From positions 120,902,001 to 120,966,000 of the forward strand of contig NC_045697.1 of assembly GCF_009834535.1 (NCBI RefSeq): a stretch of DNA of 64,000 nucleotides, read 5' to 3'. A program made the position numbers and the translations under genes. Under the pieces are notes generated by a model, which saw only the letters and a program-made list of their open reading frames with translations, ran no database searches and was not told the DNA's origin. The DNA comes from Camelus ferus. Lineage: Eukaryota. Each line of letters starts with the position of its first letter. Position 1 is the first letter of the stretch. Positions 52,401-64,000 of the stretch are shown piece by piece.

Positions 52401-55400
52401 ACACTCGGGGAAGACACGTGGAGGACTCCTAGGAGATCCCAGGCGCTGAAGACAGAGGTCGGAACATCCCCACAGTCAGAATTCTGGAATACGGCCGTTG
52501 GGTCGGGGAGGTCTGGGGCAGCCATCAATGCAGCTGCCTGGTGTCACATGTTTTCCCTGGCATGAGGAATTCCGCTAATACCTCTCCTGTCTAGGGAGAG
52601 GCACTAGATGCTACCTGCATTTCCAGCACAACCCCCGCATTTCCCTTGCAGCCCGCACTAGGAGACATTCGGGAAGACACGCGGAGCGCTCTTAGGTGAT
52701 CCCAGGCGCTGCAGACAGAGTACGGAACCTCCTCACACTCAGAATACCGGAACGCGGCCGAGTGGGTGGGGGTGGATTGGGGCCGCCCTCCACGCAGCTG
52801 CCTGGTGTCACAGGTGTTCCCTGGAATTGGGATGTCCGCTAATTACCTCCCCTGACCACGGGGTGGAACTACATGCAACCTGTTTTGCCAGCCCAACCCC
52901 AATCTTTCCCTGGAATCCCGCAATACAATACACTCGGGGAAGACACGCGGAGGGCTCCTAGGAGATTCCACGCGCTGCAGAGAAAAGACCGAACCTCCCC
53001 AAACTCAGAAGTCAGGAACGCGGCGGAGATAGTGGGGGAGGTTTGGGGACCCCATCCACGAAGCTACCTTGGTTCAAAGGTGTTCCCTGGCAGGGGGAAT
53101 TCCGCTAATTAGATCCCCTGTCCAGGGGGAGGCACTAGATGCTACCTGCATTTCCAGCCCAACCCCCGACTTTCCCCAGCACCCCGCACTAGGACACACT
53201 CGGGGAAGACACTCGGAGTCCTACTACGAGATCCCAGGCGCTGCAGACAGCGGACGGAACCTCCCAACACTCAGAAATGCTGAATAAGGCCGAGTGTGTG
53301 AGGGAAGTTTGGGATCACACTCCACGCAGCTGCCTGGTGACACAGGTGTTCCCTGGCAGTGGGAAGTTAACTAATTTCGTCCCCTGTCCAGGGGGAGGCA
53401 CTAAATGATACCTGCTTTTCCAGCACAACCCCCGCCTTTCCCGGCATCCCGCACTAGGAGACACTCGGGGAAGACACGCGGAGGGCTCCTAGGAGTTCCC
53501 AGGCTCTGCAGACAGAGTACGGACCTCCCCACACTCAGAATTCCGGAACACGGCCGAGTTGATTGGGGAGATTTGGGGCCGCCCTCCACGAAGCTGCCTG
53601 GTATCACATGTGTTCCGTGGCAGGTGGAAGTCCGCTAAATACATCCCCTGTCCAGGGGTAGGCACTAGATGCTACTTGCATTTCCAACCCAACCCCCGCC
53701 TTTCCCCGGCAGCTCGCAGGATACACTCGGGGAAGACAGGCGGAGAGCTCCTAGGAGTTCCCAGGCGTTGAAGACAGAGGTCGGAACATCCCCACAGTCA
53801 GAATTCTGGAATGCGGCCATTGGGTCCGGGAGGTCTGGTGCAGCCAACAATGCAGCTGCCTGGTGTCACATGTTTTCCCTGGCATGAGGAATTCCGCTAA
53901 TATCTCTCCTGTCACGGGAGAGGCACTAGATGCTACCTGCATTTCCAGCCCAATCCCCGCATTTCCACTGCAGAGCGCACAAGGAGAAACTCGGGGAATA
54001 GACACGGAGGGCTCCTAGGAGATCCCAGTCTCTGCAGACATAGGACGGAACCTCCCCACACTTAGAATTACGGAACACGACTTGTGGGTGGGGGGAGATT
54101 TGGGGCTGCCCTCCACGCAGCTGCCTAATTTCACAGGTGTTCTCTGGCAGGGGTAACTCCGCTAATTACCTCCCATTTCCAGGGGGATGCCCTAGATGCT
54201 ACATGCATTTGCAGCCCAATCCCCGTCTTTCCCCGGCAGCCCGCACAAGGAGACACTCGGGGAAGACACGTGGAGGACTCCTAGGAGATCCCAGGCGCTG
54301 AAGACAGAGGTCGGAACATCCCCACAGTCAGAATTCTGGAATACGGCCGTTGGGTCGGGGAGGTCTGGGGCAGCCATCAATGCAGCTGCCTGGTGTCACA
54401 TGTTTTCCCTGGCATGGGGAAGTCCGCTAATTAACTCCCCTGTCTAGGGGTAGGCACTAGATGCTACCTGCATTTGGAGCCCAATCCCCGCATTTCCCCG
54501 GCAGCCCGCACTAGGAGACACTCAGTGAAGACACGCGTAAGGCTCCTAGGAAATCCCAGGCGCTGCAGACAGAGGTCGGAACATCCCCACAATCAGAATT
54601 CTGGAAACAGGCCGTTGGATAGGGGAGATTTGGGGCCGCACCCACGAACCTGCCTATTGTCACAGGTGTTCTCTGGCAGGGTAAGTCCACTAATTACCTC
54701 CCCTGTCAAGGTGGAGGCACCAGATGTTACCTGCTTTTCCAGGACAATCCCAACTTTTCCCCGGCAGCCCACAGTAGAGGAAATCGGGTAAGACATGCGG
54801 AGTGCTCCTAGGAGATCCCAGGTGCTGCAGACAGAGGACGGAACCTCCCCACACTCAGAATTACGGAACACGGCCGAGTGGTTGGGGGAGGTTTGGGGCC
54901 GCCTTCCACGCAGCTGCCTGTTGGCACAGGTGTTCCCTGGCAGGGGGAACTCCACTAATTACCTCACATGTCCAGGGGGATGCCATAGATGCTACCTGCA
55001 TTTCCAGCCCAACCCCTGTCTTTTCCCGGCAGCCCGCACAAGGAGACACTCGGGGAAGACAAGTGGAGGGCTCCTAGGAGATCCCAAGTGCTGCAGAAAA
55101 AGGACGGATCCTCCCCACACTCAGAATTACGGAACACGGCCTAGTGGGTAGGGGAGTTTTGGGGCCGCCCTCCACGCAGCTGCCTACTGTCACAGTTGTT
55201 CTCTGGCAGGGGTAAGTCCGCTAATACCTCCCCTGTCCAGGGGGATGCCCTAGATGCTACTTGCATTTCTACACCAACACCCGCCTTTCCCCGGCAGCTC
55301 ACAGAAAGAGACACTCGGGGAGGACAGGCGGAGAACTCCTAGGAGATCCCAGGCGCTGAAGACAGGTCGGAACATCCCCACAGTCAGAATTCTGGAATGC

Positions 55401-58400
55401 GGCCGTTGGGACCGGGAGGTCTGGGGCAAACATCAATGCAGCTGCCTGGTGTCACATGTTTTCCCTGGCATGAGGAATTCCGCTAATATCTCTCCTGTCA
55501 CGGGAGAGGCACTAGATGCTACCTGCATTTCCAGCCCAATCCCCGCATTTCCCCTGCAGAGCGCACAAGGAGAAACTCGGGGAATAGACACGGAGGGCTC
55601 CTAGGAGATCCCAGTCTCTGCAGACATAGGACGGAACATCCCCACACTCAGAATTACGGAACACGACTTGTGGGTGGGGGGAGTTTTGGGGCTGCCCTCC
55701 ACGCAGCTGCCTACTTTCACATGTGTTCTATGGCAGGTGTAAGTCCGCAAATTTCCTCCCCTGCCCAGGGGGAGGCCCTACATGCTACCTGCATTTCGAG
55801 GCCAACAGCCAAATTTCCCCGGCACCCCGCACTAGGAGACACTCGGGGAAGAAACGTGGAGGGCTCCTATGACATCCTAGGCGCTGCAGACAGAGGACGG
55901 AACCTCCCCACACTCAGAATTCTGGAACACGGCAGAGTGGGTGGGGGAGGTTTGGGACCGCCCTCCACGCAGCTGCCTCTTGTCACAGGTGTTCCCTGGC
56001 AGGGGAAGTCGGCTAATTACCTCCCCTGTCAAGGTGGAGGCACTAGATGCTACCTGCTTTTCCAGGCCAATCCCAACTTTTCCCCGGCAGCCCATAGTAG
56101 AGGAAATCGGGTAAGACATGTGGAGTGCTCCTAGGAGATCCCAGGTGCTGCAGAAAGAGTACGGAACCTCCCAACACTCAGAATTATGGAACACGGCCGA
56201 GTGGGTGGGGGAGGTTTGGGGCCGCACTCCATGCAGCTGCCTGTTGGCACAGGTGTTCCCTGGCAGGGGGAACTCCGCTAATTACCTCCCATGTCCAGAG
56301 GGATGCCTAGATGCTACCTGCATTTCCAGACCAACCCCCGTCTTTCCCCGGCAGCCCGCACAAGGAGACACTCGGGGAAGACAAGTGGAGGGCTCCTAGG
56401 AGATCCTAGGCGCTGAAGACAGAGGTCGGAACATCCCCACAGTCAGAATTCTGGAATACGGCCGTTGGGTCGGGGAGGTCTGGGGCAGCCATCAATGCAG
56501 CTGCCTGGTGTCACATGTTTTCCCTGGCATGAGGAATTCCGCTAATACCTCTCCTGTCTAGGGAGAGGCACTAGATGCTACCTGCATTTCCAGCACAACC
56601 CCCGCATTTCCCTTGCAGCCCGCACTAGGAGACATTCGGGAAGACACGCGGAGCGCTCCTAGGTGATCCCAGGCGCTGCAGACAGAGTACGGAACCTCCT
56701 CACACTCAGAATACCGGAACGCGGCCGAGTGGGTGGGGGTGGATTGGGGCCGCCCTCCACGCAGCTGCCTGGTGTCACAGGTGTTCCCTGGAATTGGGAT
56801 GTCCGCTAATTACCTCCCCTGTCCACGGGGTGGAACTACATGCAACCTGTTTTGCCAGCCCAACCCCACTCTTTCCCTGAAATACCGCAATACAATACAC
56901 TCAGGGAAGACACGCGGAGGGCTCCTAGGAGATTCCACGCGCTGCAGAGAAAAGACCGAACCTCCCCAAACTCAGAAGTCCGGAACGCGGCGGAGATAGT
57001 GGGGGAGGTTTGGGGACCCCATCCACGAAGCTACCTGGGGTCACAGGTGTTCCCTGGCAGGGGGAATTCCGCTAATTAGATCCCCTGTCCAGGGGGAGGC
57101 ACTAGATGCTACCTGCATTTCCAGCCCAACCCCCGACTTTCCCCAGCACCCCGCACTAGGACACACTCGGGGAAGACACGCGGAGTTCTACTATGAGATC
57201 CCATGCGCTGCAGACAGCGGACGGAACCTCCCAACACTCAGAAATGCTGAATAAGTCCGAGTGTGTGAGGGAGGTTTGGGATCACACTCCACGCAGCTGC
57301 ATGTTGACATAGGTGTTCCCTGGCAGTGGGAAGTTAACTAATTTCGTCCCCTGTCCAGGGGTAGGCACTAAATGATACCTGCTTTTCCAGCACAACCCCC
57401 GCCTTTCCCGGCATCCCGCACTAGGAGACACTCGGGGAAGACACGAGGATTGCTCCTAGGAGATCCCAGGCTCTGCAGACAGAGTACGGACCTCCCCACA
57501 CTCAGAATTCCGGAACACGGCCGAGTTGATTGGGGAGATTTGGGGCCGCCCTCCACGAAGCTGCCTGGTATCACATGTGTTCCGTGGCAGGTGGAAGTCC
57601 GCTAAATACATCCCCTGTCCAGGGGTAGGCACTAGATGCTACCTGCATTTGGAGCCCAATCCCCGCATTTCCCCGGCAGCCTGCACTAGGAGACACTCGG
57701 GGAAGACACGCGTAAGGCTCCTAGGAAATCCCAGGCGCTGCAGACAGAGGTCGGAACATCCCCACAATCAGAATTCTGGAACCCGGCCATTGGATAGGGG
57801 AGACTTGGGGCCGCCACCACGAACCTGCCTACTGTCACAGGTGTTCTCTGGCAGGGGTAATTCCGCTAATTACCTCCCCTGTCAAGGTGGAGGCACTAGA
57901 TGGTACCTGCTTTTCCAGCCCAATCCCAACCTTTCCCCGGCAGCCCACAGTAGAGGAAATCGGGTAAGACATGCGGAGTGTTCCTAGGAGATCCCAGGTG
58001 CTGCAGACAGAGGACGGAACCTCCCCACACTCAGAATTACGGAACACGGCCGAGTGTGTTGGGGAGGTTTGGGGCCGCCCTCCACGCAGCTGCCTACTGT
58101 CACAGGTGTTCTCTGGCAGGCGTAAGTCCGCTAATTACTTCCCCTGTGCAGGGGGATGCCCTAGATGCTACATGCATTTCCACCCCAACCCCCGCCTTTC
58201 CCCGGCAGCTCGCAGGAGACACTCGGGGAAGACAGGCGGAGAGCTCCTAGGAGTTCCCAGGCGTTGAAGACAGAGGTCGGAACATCCCCACTGTCAGAAT
58301 TCTGGAATGCGGCCGTTGGGTCCCGGAGGTCTGGGGCAGCCAACAATGCAGCTGCCTGGTGTCACATGTTTTCCCTGGCATGAGGAATTCCGCTAATATC

Positions 58401-61400
58401 TCTCCTGTCACGGGAGAGGCACTAGATGCTACCTGCATTTCCAGCCCAATCCCCGCATTTCCCCTGCAGAGCGCACAAGGAGAAACTCGGGGAATAGACA
58501 CGGAGGGCTCCTAGGAGATCCCAGTCTCTGCAGACATAGGACGGAACCTCCCCACACTTAGAATTACGGAACACGACTTGTGGGTGGGGGGAGATTTGGG
58601 GCTGCCCTCCACGCAGCTGCCTACTTTCACAGGTGTTCTCTGGCAGGGGTAAGTCCGCTAATTACCTCCCCTTTCCAGGGGGATGCCCTAGATGCTACTT
58701 GCATTTCCAGCCCAACCCCCGTTTTTCCCCGGCAGCCAGCACAAGGAGACACTAGGGGAAGACACGTGGAGGACTCCTAGGAGATCCCAGGCGCTGAAGA
58801 CAGAGGTCGGAACATCCCCACAGTCAGAATTCTGGAATACGGCCGTTGGGTCGGGGAGGTCTGGGGCAGCCCTCAATGCAGCTGCCTGGTGTCACATGTT
58901 TTCCATGGCATGAGGAATTCCGCTAATACCTCTCCTGTCTAGGGAGAGGCACTAGATGCTACCTGCATTTCCAGCACAACCCCCGCATTTCCCTTGCAGC
59001 CCGCACTAGGAGACATTCGGGAAGACACGCGGAGCGCTCCTAGGTGATCCCAGGCGCTGCAGACAGAGTACGGAACCTCCTCACACTCAGAATACCGGAA
59101 CGCGGCCGAGTGGGTGGGGGAGGATTGGGGCCGCCCTCCACGCAGCTGCCTGGTGTCACAGGTGTTCCCTGGAATTGGGATGTCCGCTAATTACCTCCCC
59201 TGACCACGGGGTGGAACTACATGCAACCTGTTTTGCCAGCCCAACCCCAATCTTTCCCTGGAATCCCGCAATACAATACACTCGGGGAAGACACGCGGTT
59301 GGCTCCTAGGAGATTCCACGCGCTGCAGAGAAAAGACCGAACCTCCCCAAACTCAGAAGTCAGGAACGCGGCGGAGATAGTGGGGGAGGTTTGGGGACCC
59401 AATCCACGAAGCTACCTCGGTTCAAATGTGTTCCCTGGCAGGGGGAATTCCGCTAATTAGATCCCCTGTCCAGGGTTAGGCACTAGATGCTACCTGCATT
59501 TCCAGCCCAACCCCCGACTTTCCCCAGCACCCCGCACTAGGACACACTCGGGGAAGACACGCGGAGTTCTACTATGAGATCCCATGCGCTGCAGACAGCG
59601 GACGGAACCTCCCAACACTCAGAAATGCTGAATAAGTCCGAGTGTGTGAGGGAGGTTTGGGATCACACTCCACGCAGCTGCATGTTGACATAGGTGTTCC
59701 CTGGCAGTGGGAAGTTAACTAATTTCGTCCCCTGTCCAGGGGTAGGCACTAAATGATACCTGCTTTTCCAGCACAACCCCCGCCTTTCCCGGCATCCCGC
59801 ACTAGGAGACACTCGGGGAAGACACGAGGATTGCTCCTAGGAGATCCCAGGCTCTGCAGACAGAGTACGGACCTCCCCACACTCAGAATTCCGGAACACG
59901 GCCGAGTTGATTGGGGAGATTTGGGGCCGCCCTCCACGAAGCTGCCTGGTATCACATGTGTTCCGTGGCAGGTGGAAGTCCGCTAAATACATCCCCTGTC
60001 CAGGGGTAGGCACTAGATGCTACCTGCATTTGGAGCCCAATCCCCGCATTTCCCCGGCAGCCTGCACTAGGAGACACTCGGGGAAGACACGCGTAAGGCT
60101 CCTAGGAAATCCCAGGCGCTGCAGACAGAGGTCGGAACATCCCCACAATCAGAATTCTGGAACCCGGCCATTGGATAGGGGAGACTTGGGGCCGCCACCA
60201 CGAACCTGCCTACTGTCACAGGTGTTCTCTGGCAGGGGTAATTCCGCTAATTACCTCCCCTGTCAAGGTGGAGGCACTAGATGGTACCTGCTTTTCCAGC
60301 CCAATCCCAACCTTTCCCCGGCAGCCCACAGTAGAGGAAATCGGGTAAGACATGCGGAGTGTTCCTAGGAGATCCCAGGTGCTGCAGACAGAGGACGGAA
60401 CCTCCCCACACTCAGAATTACGGAACACGGCCGAGTGTGTTGGGGAGGTTTGGGGCCGCCCTCCACGCAGCTGCCTACTGTCACAGGTGTTCTCTGGCAG
60501 GCGTAAGTCCGCTAATTACTTCCCCTGTGCAGGGGGATGCCCTAGATGCTACATGCATTTCCACCCCAACCCCCGCCTTTCCCCGGCAGCTCGCAGGAGA
60601 CACTCGGGGAAGACAGGCGGAGAGCTCCTAGGAGTTCCCAGGCGTTGAAGACAGAGGTCGGAACATCCCCACTGTCAGAATTCTGGAATGCGGCCGTTGG
60701 GTCCCGGAGGTCTGGGGCAGCCAACAATGCAGCTGCCTGGTGTCACATGTTTTCCCTGGCATGAGGAATTCCGCTAATATCTCTCCTGTCACGGGAGAGG
60801 CACTAGATGCTACCTGCATTTCCAGCCCAATCCCCGCATTTCCCCTGCAGAGCGCACAAGGAGAAACTCGGGGAATAGACACGGAGGGCTCCTAGGAGAT
60901 CCCAGTCTCTGCAGACATAGGACGGAACCTCCCCACACTTAGAATTACGGAACACGACTTGTGGGTGGGGGGAGATTTGGGGCTGCCCTCCACGCAGCTG
61001 CCTACTTTCACAGGTGTTCTCTGGCAGGGGTAAGTCCGCTAATTACCTCCCCTTTCCAGGGGGATGCCCTAGATGCTACTTGCATTTCCAGCCCAACCCC
61101 CGTTTTTCCCCGGCAGCCAGCACAAGGAGACACTAGGGGAAGACACGTGGAGGACTCCTAGGAGATCCCAGGCGCTGAAGACAGAGGTCGGAACATCCCC
61201 ACAGTCAGAATTCTGGAATACGGCCGTTGGGTCGGGGAGGTCTGGGGCAGCCCTCAATGCAGCTGCCTGGTGTCACATGTTTTCCATGGCATGAGGAATT
61301 CCGCTAATACCTCTCCTGTCTAGGGAGAGGCACTAGATGCTACCTGCATTTCCAGCACAACCCCCGCATTTCCCTTGCAGCCCGCACTAGGAGACATTCG

Positions 61401-64000
61401 GGAAGACACGCGGAGCGCTCCTAGGTGATCCCAGGCGCTGCAGACAGAGTACGGAACCTCCTCACACTCAGAATACCGGAACGCGGCCGAGTGGGTGGGG
61501 GAGGATTGGGGCCGCCCTCCACGCAGCTGCCTGGTGTCACAGGTGTTCCCTGGAATTGGGATGTCCGCTAATTACCTCCCCTGACCACGGGGTGGAACTA
61601 CATGCAACCTGTTTTGCCAGCCCAACCCCAATCTTTCCCTGGAATCCCGCAATACAATACACTCGGGGAAGACACGCGGTTGGCTCCTAGGAGATTCCAC
61701 GCGCTGCAGAGAAAAGACCGAACCTCCCCAAACTCAGAAGTCAGGAACGCGGCGGAGATAGTGGGGGAGGTTTGGGGACCCAATCCACGAAGCTACCTCG
61801 GTTCAAATGTGTTCCCTGGCAGGGGGAATTCCGCTAATTAGATCCCCTGTCCAGGGGGAGGCACTAGATGCTACCTGCATTTCCAGCCCAACCCCCGAAT
61901 TTCCCCAGCACCCCGCACTAGGACACACTCGGGGAAGACACTCGGAGTCCTACTACGAGATCCCAGGCGCTGCAGACAGCGGACGGAACCTCCCAACACT
62001 CAGAAATGCTGAATAAGGCCGAGTGTGTGAGGGAGGTATGGGATCACACTCCACGCAGCTGCCTGGTGACACAGGTGTTCCCTGGCAGTGGGAATTTAAC
62101 TAATTTCCTCCCCTGTCCAGGGGGAGGCACTAAGTGATACCTGCTTTTCCAGCACAACCCCCGCCTTTCCCGGCATCCCGCACTAGGAGAAACTCGGGGA
62201 AGACACGCGGAGGGCTCCTAGGAGATCCCAGGCTCTGCAGACAGAGTACGGACCTCCCCACACTCAGAATTCCGGAACACGGCCGAGTGTGTTGGGGAGG
62301 TTTGGGGCCGCCCTCCACGCAGCTGCCTACTGTCACAGGTGTTCTCTGGCAGGCGTAAGTCCGCTAATTACCTCCCCTGTGCAGGGGGATGCCCTAGATG
62401 CTACTTGCATTTCCACCCCAACCCCTGCCTTTCCCCGGCAGCTCGCAGGAGACACTCGGGGAAGACAGGCGGAGAGCTCCTAGGAGTTCCCAGGCGTTGA
62501 AGACAGAGGTCGGAACATCCCCACAGTCAGAATTCTGGAATGCGGCCGTTGGGTCCGGGAGGTCTGGGGCAGCCAACAATGCAGCTGCCTGGTGTCACAT
62601 GTTTTCCCTGGCATGAGGAATTCCGCTAATATCTCTCCTGTCACGGGAGAGGCACTAGATGCTACCTGTATTTCCAGCCCAATCCCCGCATTTCCACTGC
62701 AGAGCGCACAAGGAGAAACTCGGGGAATAGACACGGAGGGCTCCTAGGAGATCCCAGTCTCTGCAGACATAGGACGGAACCTCCCCACACTCAGAATTAC
62801 GGAACACGACTTGTGGGTTGGGGGAGATTTGGGGCTGCCCTCCACGCAGCTGCCTACTTTCACAGGTGTTCTCTGGCAGGGGTAAGTCCGCTAATTACCT
62901 CCCCTTTCCAGGGGGATGCCCTAGATGCTACCTGCATTTCCAGCCCAACCCCCGTCTTTCCCCGGCAGCCCGCACAAGGAGACACTCGGGGAAGACACGT
63001 GGAGTACTCCTAGGAGATCCCAGGCGCTGAAGACAGAGGTCGGAACATCCCCACAGTCAGAATTCTGGAATACGGCCGTTGGGTCGGGGAGGTCTGGGGC
63101 AGCCATCAATGCAGCTGCCTGGTGTCACATGTTTTCCCTGGCATGAGGAATTCCGCTAATACCTCTCCTGTCTAGGGAGAGGCACTAGATGCTACCTGCA
63201 TTTCCAGCACAACCCCCGCATTTCCCTTGCAGCCCGCACTAGGAGACATTCGGGAAGACACGCGGAGCGCTCCTAGGTGATCCCAGGCGCTGCAGACAGA
63301 GTACGGAACCTCCTCACACTCAGAATACCGGAACGCGGCCGAGTGGGTGGGGGAGGATTGGGGCCGCCCTCCACGCAGCTGCCTGGTGTCACAGGTGTTC
63401 CCTGGAATTGGGATGTCCGCTAATTACCTCCCCTGACCACGGGGTGGAACTACATGCAACCTGTTTTGCCAGCCCAACCCCAATCTTTCCCTGGAATCCC
63501 GCAATACAATACACTCGGGGAAGACACGCGGAGGGCTCCTAGGAGATTCCACGCGCTGCAGAGAAAAGACCGAACCTCCCCAAACTCAGAAGTCAGGAAC
63601 GCGGCGGAGATTTTGGGGGAGGTTTGGGGACCCCATCCACGAAGCTACCTGGGGTCAAATTTGTTCCCTGGCAGTGGAAATTCCGCTAATTAGATCCCCT
63701 GTCCAGGGGGAGGCACTAGATGCTACCTGCATTTCCAGCCCAACCCCCGAATTTCCCCAGCACCCCGCACTAGGACACACTCGGGGAAGACACTCGGAGT
63801 CCTACTACGAGATCCCAGGCGCTGCAGACAGCGGACGGAACCTCCCAACACTCAGAAATGCTGAATAAGGCCGAGTGTGTGAGGGAGGTTTGGGATCACA
63901 CTCCACGCAGCTGCCTGGTGACACAGGTGTTCCCTGGCAGTGGGAAGTTAACTAATTTCCTCCCCTGTCCAGGGGGAGGCACTAAGTGATACCTGCTTTT
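46400..64000 (+). repeat. 9-monomer higher-order repeat domain, 2381 bp unit, highly homogeneous, with structural variants
   Basis: ORFs 46416/48797/51178/53559 and 57526/59907, also 48111/50492/52873 and 56840/59221/61602, are all offset by exactly 2381 bp. A diagnostic 3-bp deletion (cagctcgcagga versus cagctcgcacaagga) occurs once per unit at ~47096, 49478, 51858, 53710, 58206, 60587 and 62439. Confidence 0.95.
54416..56530 (+). repeat. 8-monomer (~2115 bp) block of 22-mer-domain-type monomers interrupting the 9-mer array
   Basis: ORFs 54474, 54802, 55254 and 55670 match 42035, 42363, 42815 and 43231 (offset 12439 bp = 47 monomers). The flanking 9-mer monomer (gaagacagaggtcgg...gaatacggccgttggg) appears at ~54300 and again at ~56415. 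Confidence 0.85.

Larger units (their letters stand above)
1..64000 (+). repeat. Tandem satellite DNA array, ~265-266 bp GC-rich monomer, ~241 copies, single orientation, running off both window ends
   Basis: The anchor motif CTA(G/C)AT(G/T)CTACCTG recurs at ~132, 397, 661, 927, 1193 and onward to the end, at ~265 bp spacing. By-eye consensus (266 bp): ctagatgctacctgcatttccagcccaacccccgcctttccccggcagcccgcacaaggagacactcggggaagacacgcggagggctcctaggagatcccaggcgctgcagacagaggacggaacctccccacactcagaattccggaacgcggccgagtgggtgggggaggtttggggccgccctccacgcagctgcctggtgtcacaggtgttccctggcagggggaagtccgctaattacctcccctgtccagggggaggca. No non-satellite sequence was seen. Confidence 0.99.

Noticed and set aside
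1..64000. Hundreds of 60-330 aa ORFs on both strands, e.g. 37406..38401 (331 aa), 28414..29316 (300 aa), 5786..6592 (268 aa)
   Set aside because: They overlap in all frames, recycle the same peptides as the frame shifts each monomer, and are broken by variable stops and indels between copies. No recognisable protein domain is present. This is expected for GC-rich satellite.
1..64000. CRISPR-like repeat/spacer interpretation of the regularly spaced palindromes
   Set aside because: The sequence between the palindromes is homologous from unit to unit, so there are no unique spacers. The period is 265 bp and there are no cas genes.
1..64000. Tandem RNA gene cluster (5S, tRNA, snRNA) or SINE/LTR array
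   Set aside because: I found no recognisable 5S, tRNA or snRNA sequence, no clear Pol III A/B boxes with an oligo-T terminator, no poly(A) tails, no target-site duplications and no TG...CA LTR ends.
1..64000. Strand inversions or transposon insertions within the array
   Set aside because: I looked for them and saw none. The anchor motifs keep the same orientation and ~265-bp phase throughout.

Overview
The whole 64 kb window is one uninterrupted, head-to-tail, GC-rich tandem satellite array of about 241 monomers, each about 265-266 bp, all in the same orientation. It is probably eukaryotic centromeric or pericentromeric DNA (inference). I see no gene, RNA gene, transposon or CRISPR array, and every listed ORF is a translation of the satellite. 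The monomers fall into recurring variant classes arranged as local higher-order repeats (HORs). The left domain has a 16-mer (~4244 bp) that turns into a 12-mer (~3185 bp). A patchwork zone follows (~22.4-35.8 kb), then a 22-mer duplication (~5826 bp). The right domain is a homogeneous 9-mer (2381 bp) with two independent 7-mer deletion variants and an 8-monomer block resembling the 22-mer domain. The monomer is unusually rich in palindromes and nested inverted repeats, has no canonical CENP-B box that I could find, and shows CpG-decay variants. All periods come from offsets between matching ORFs and motifs read by eye, so boundaries are approximate (tens of bp).
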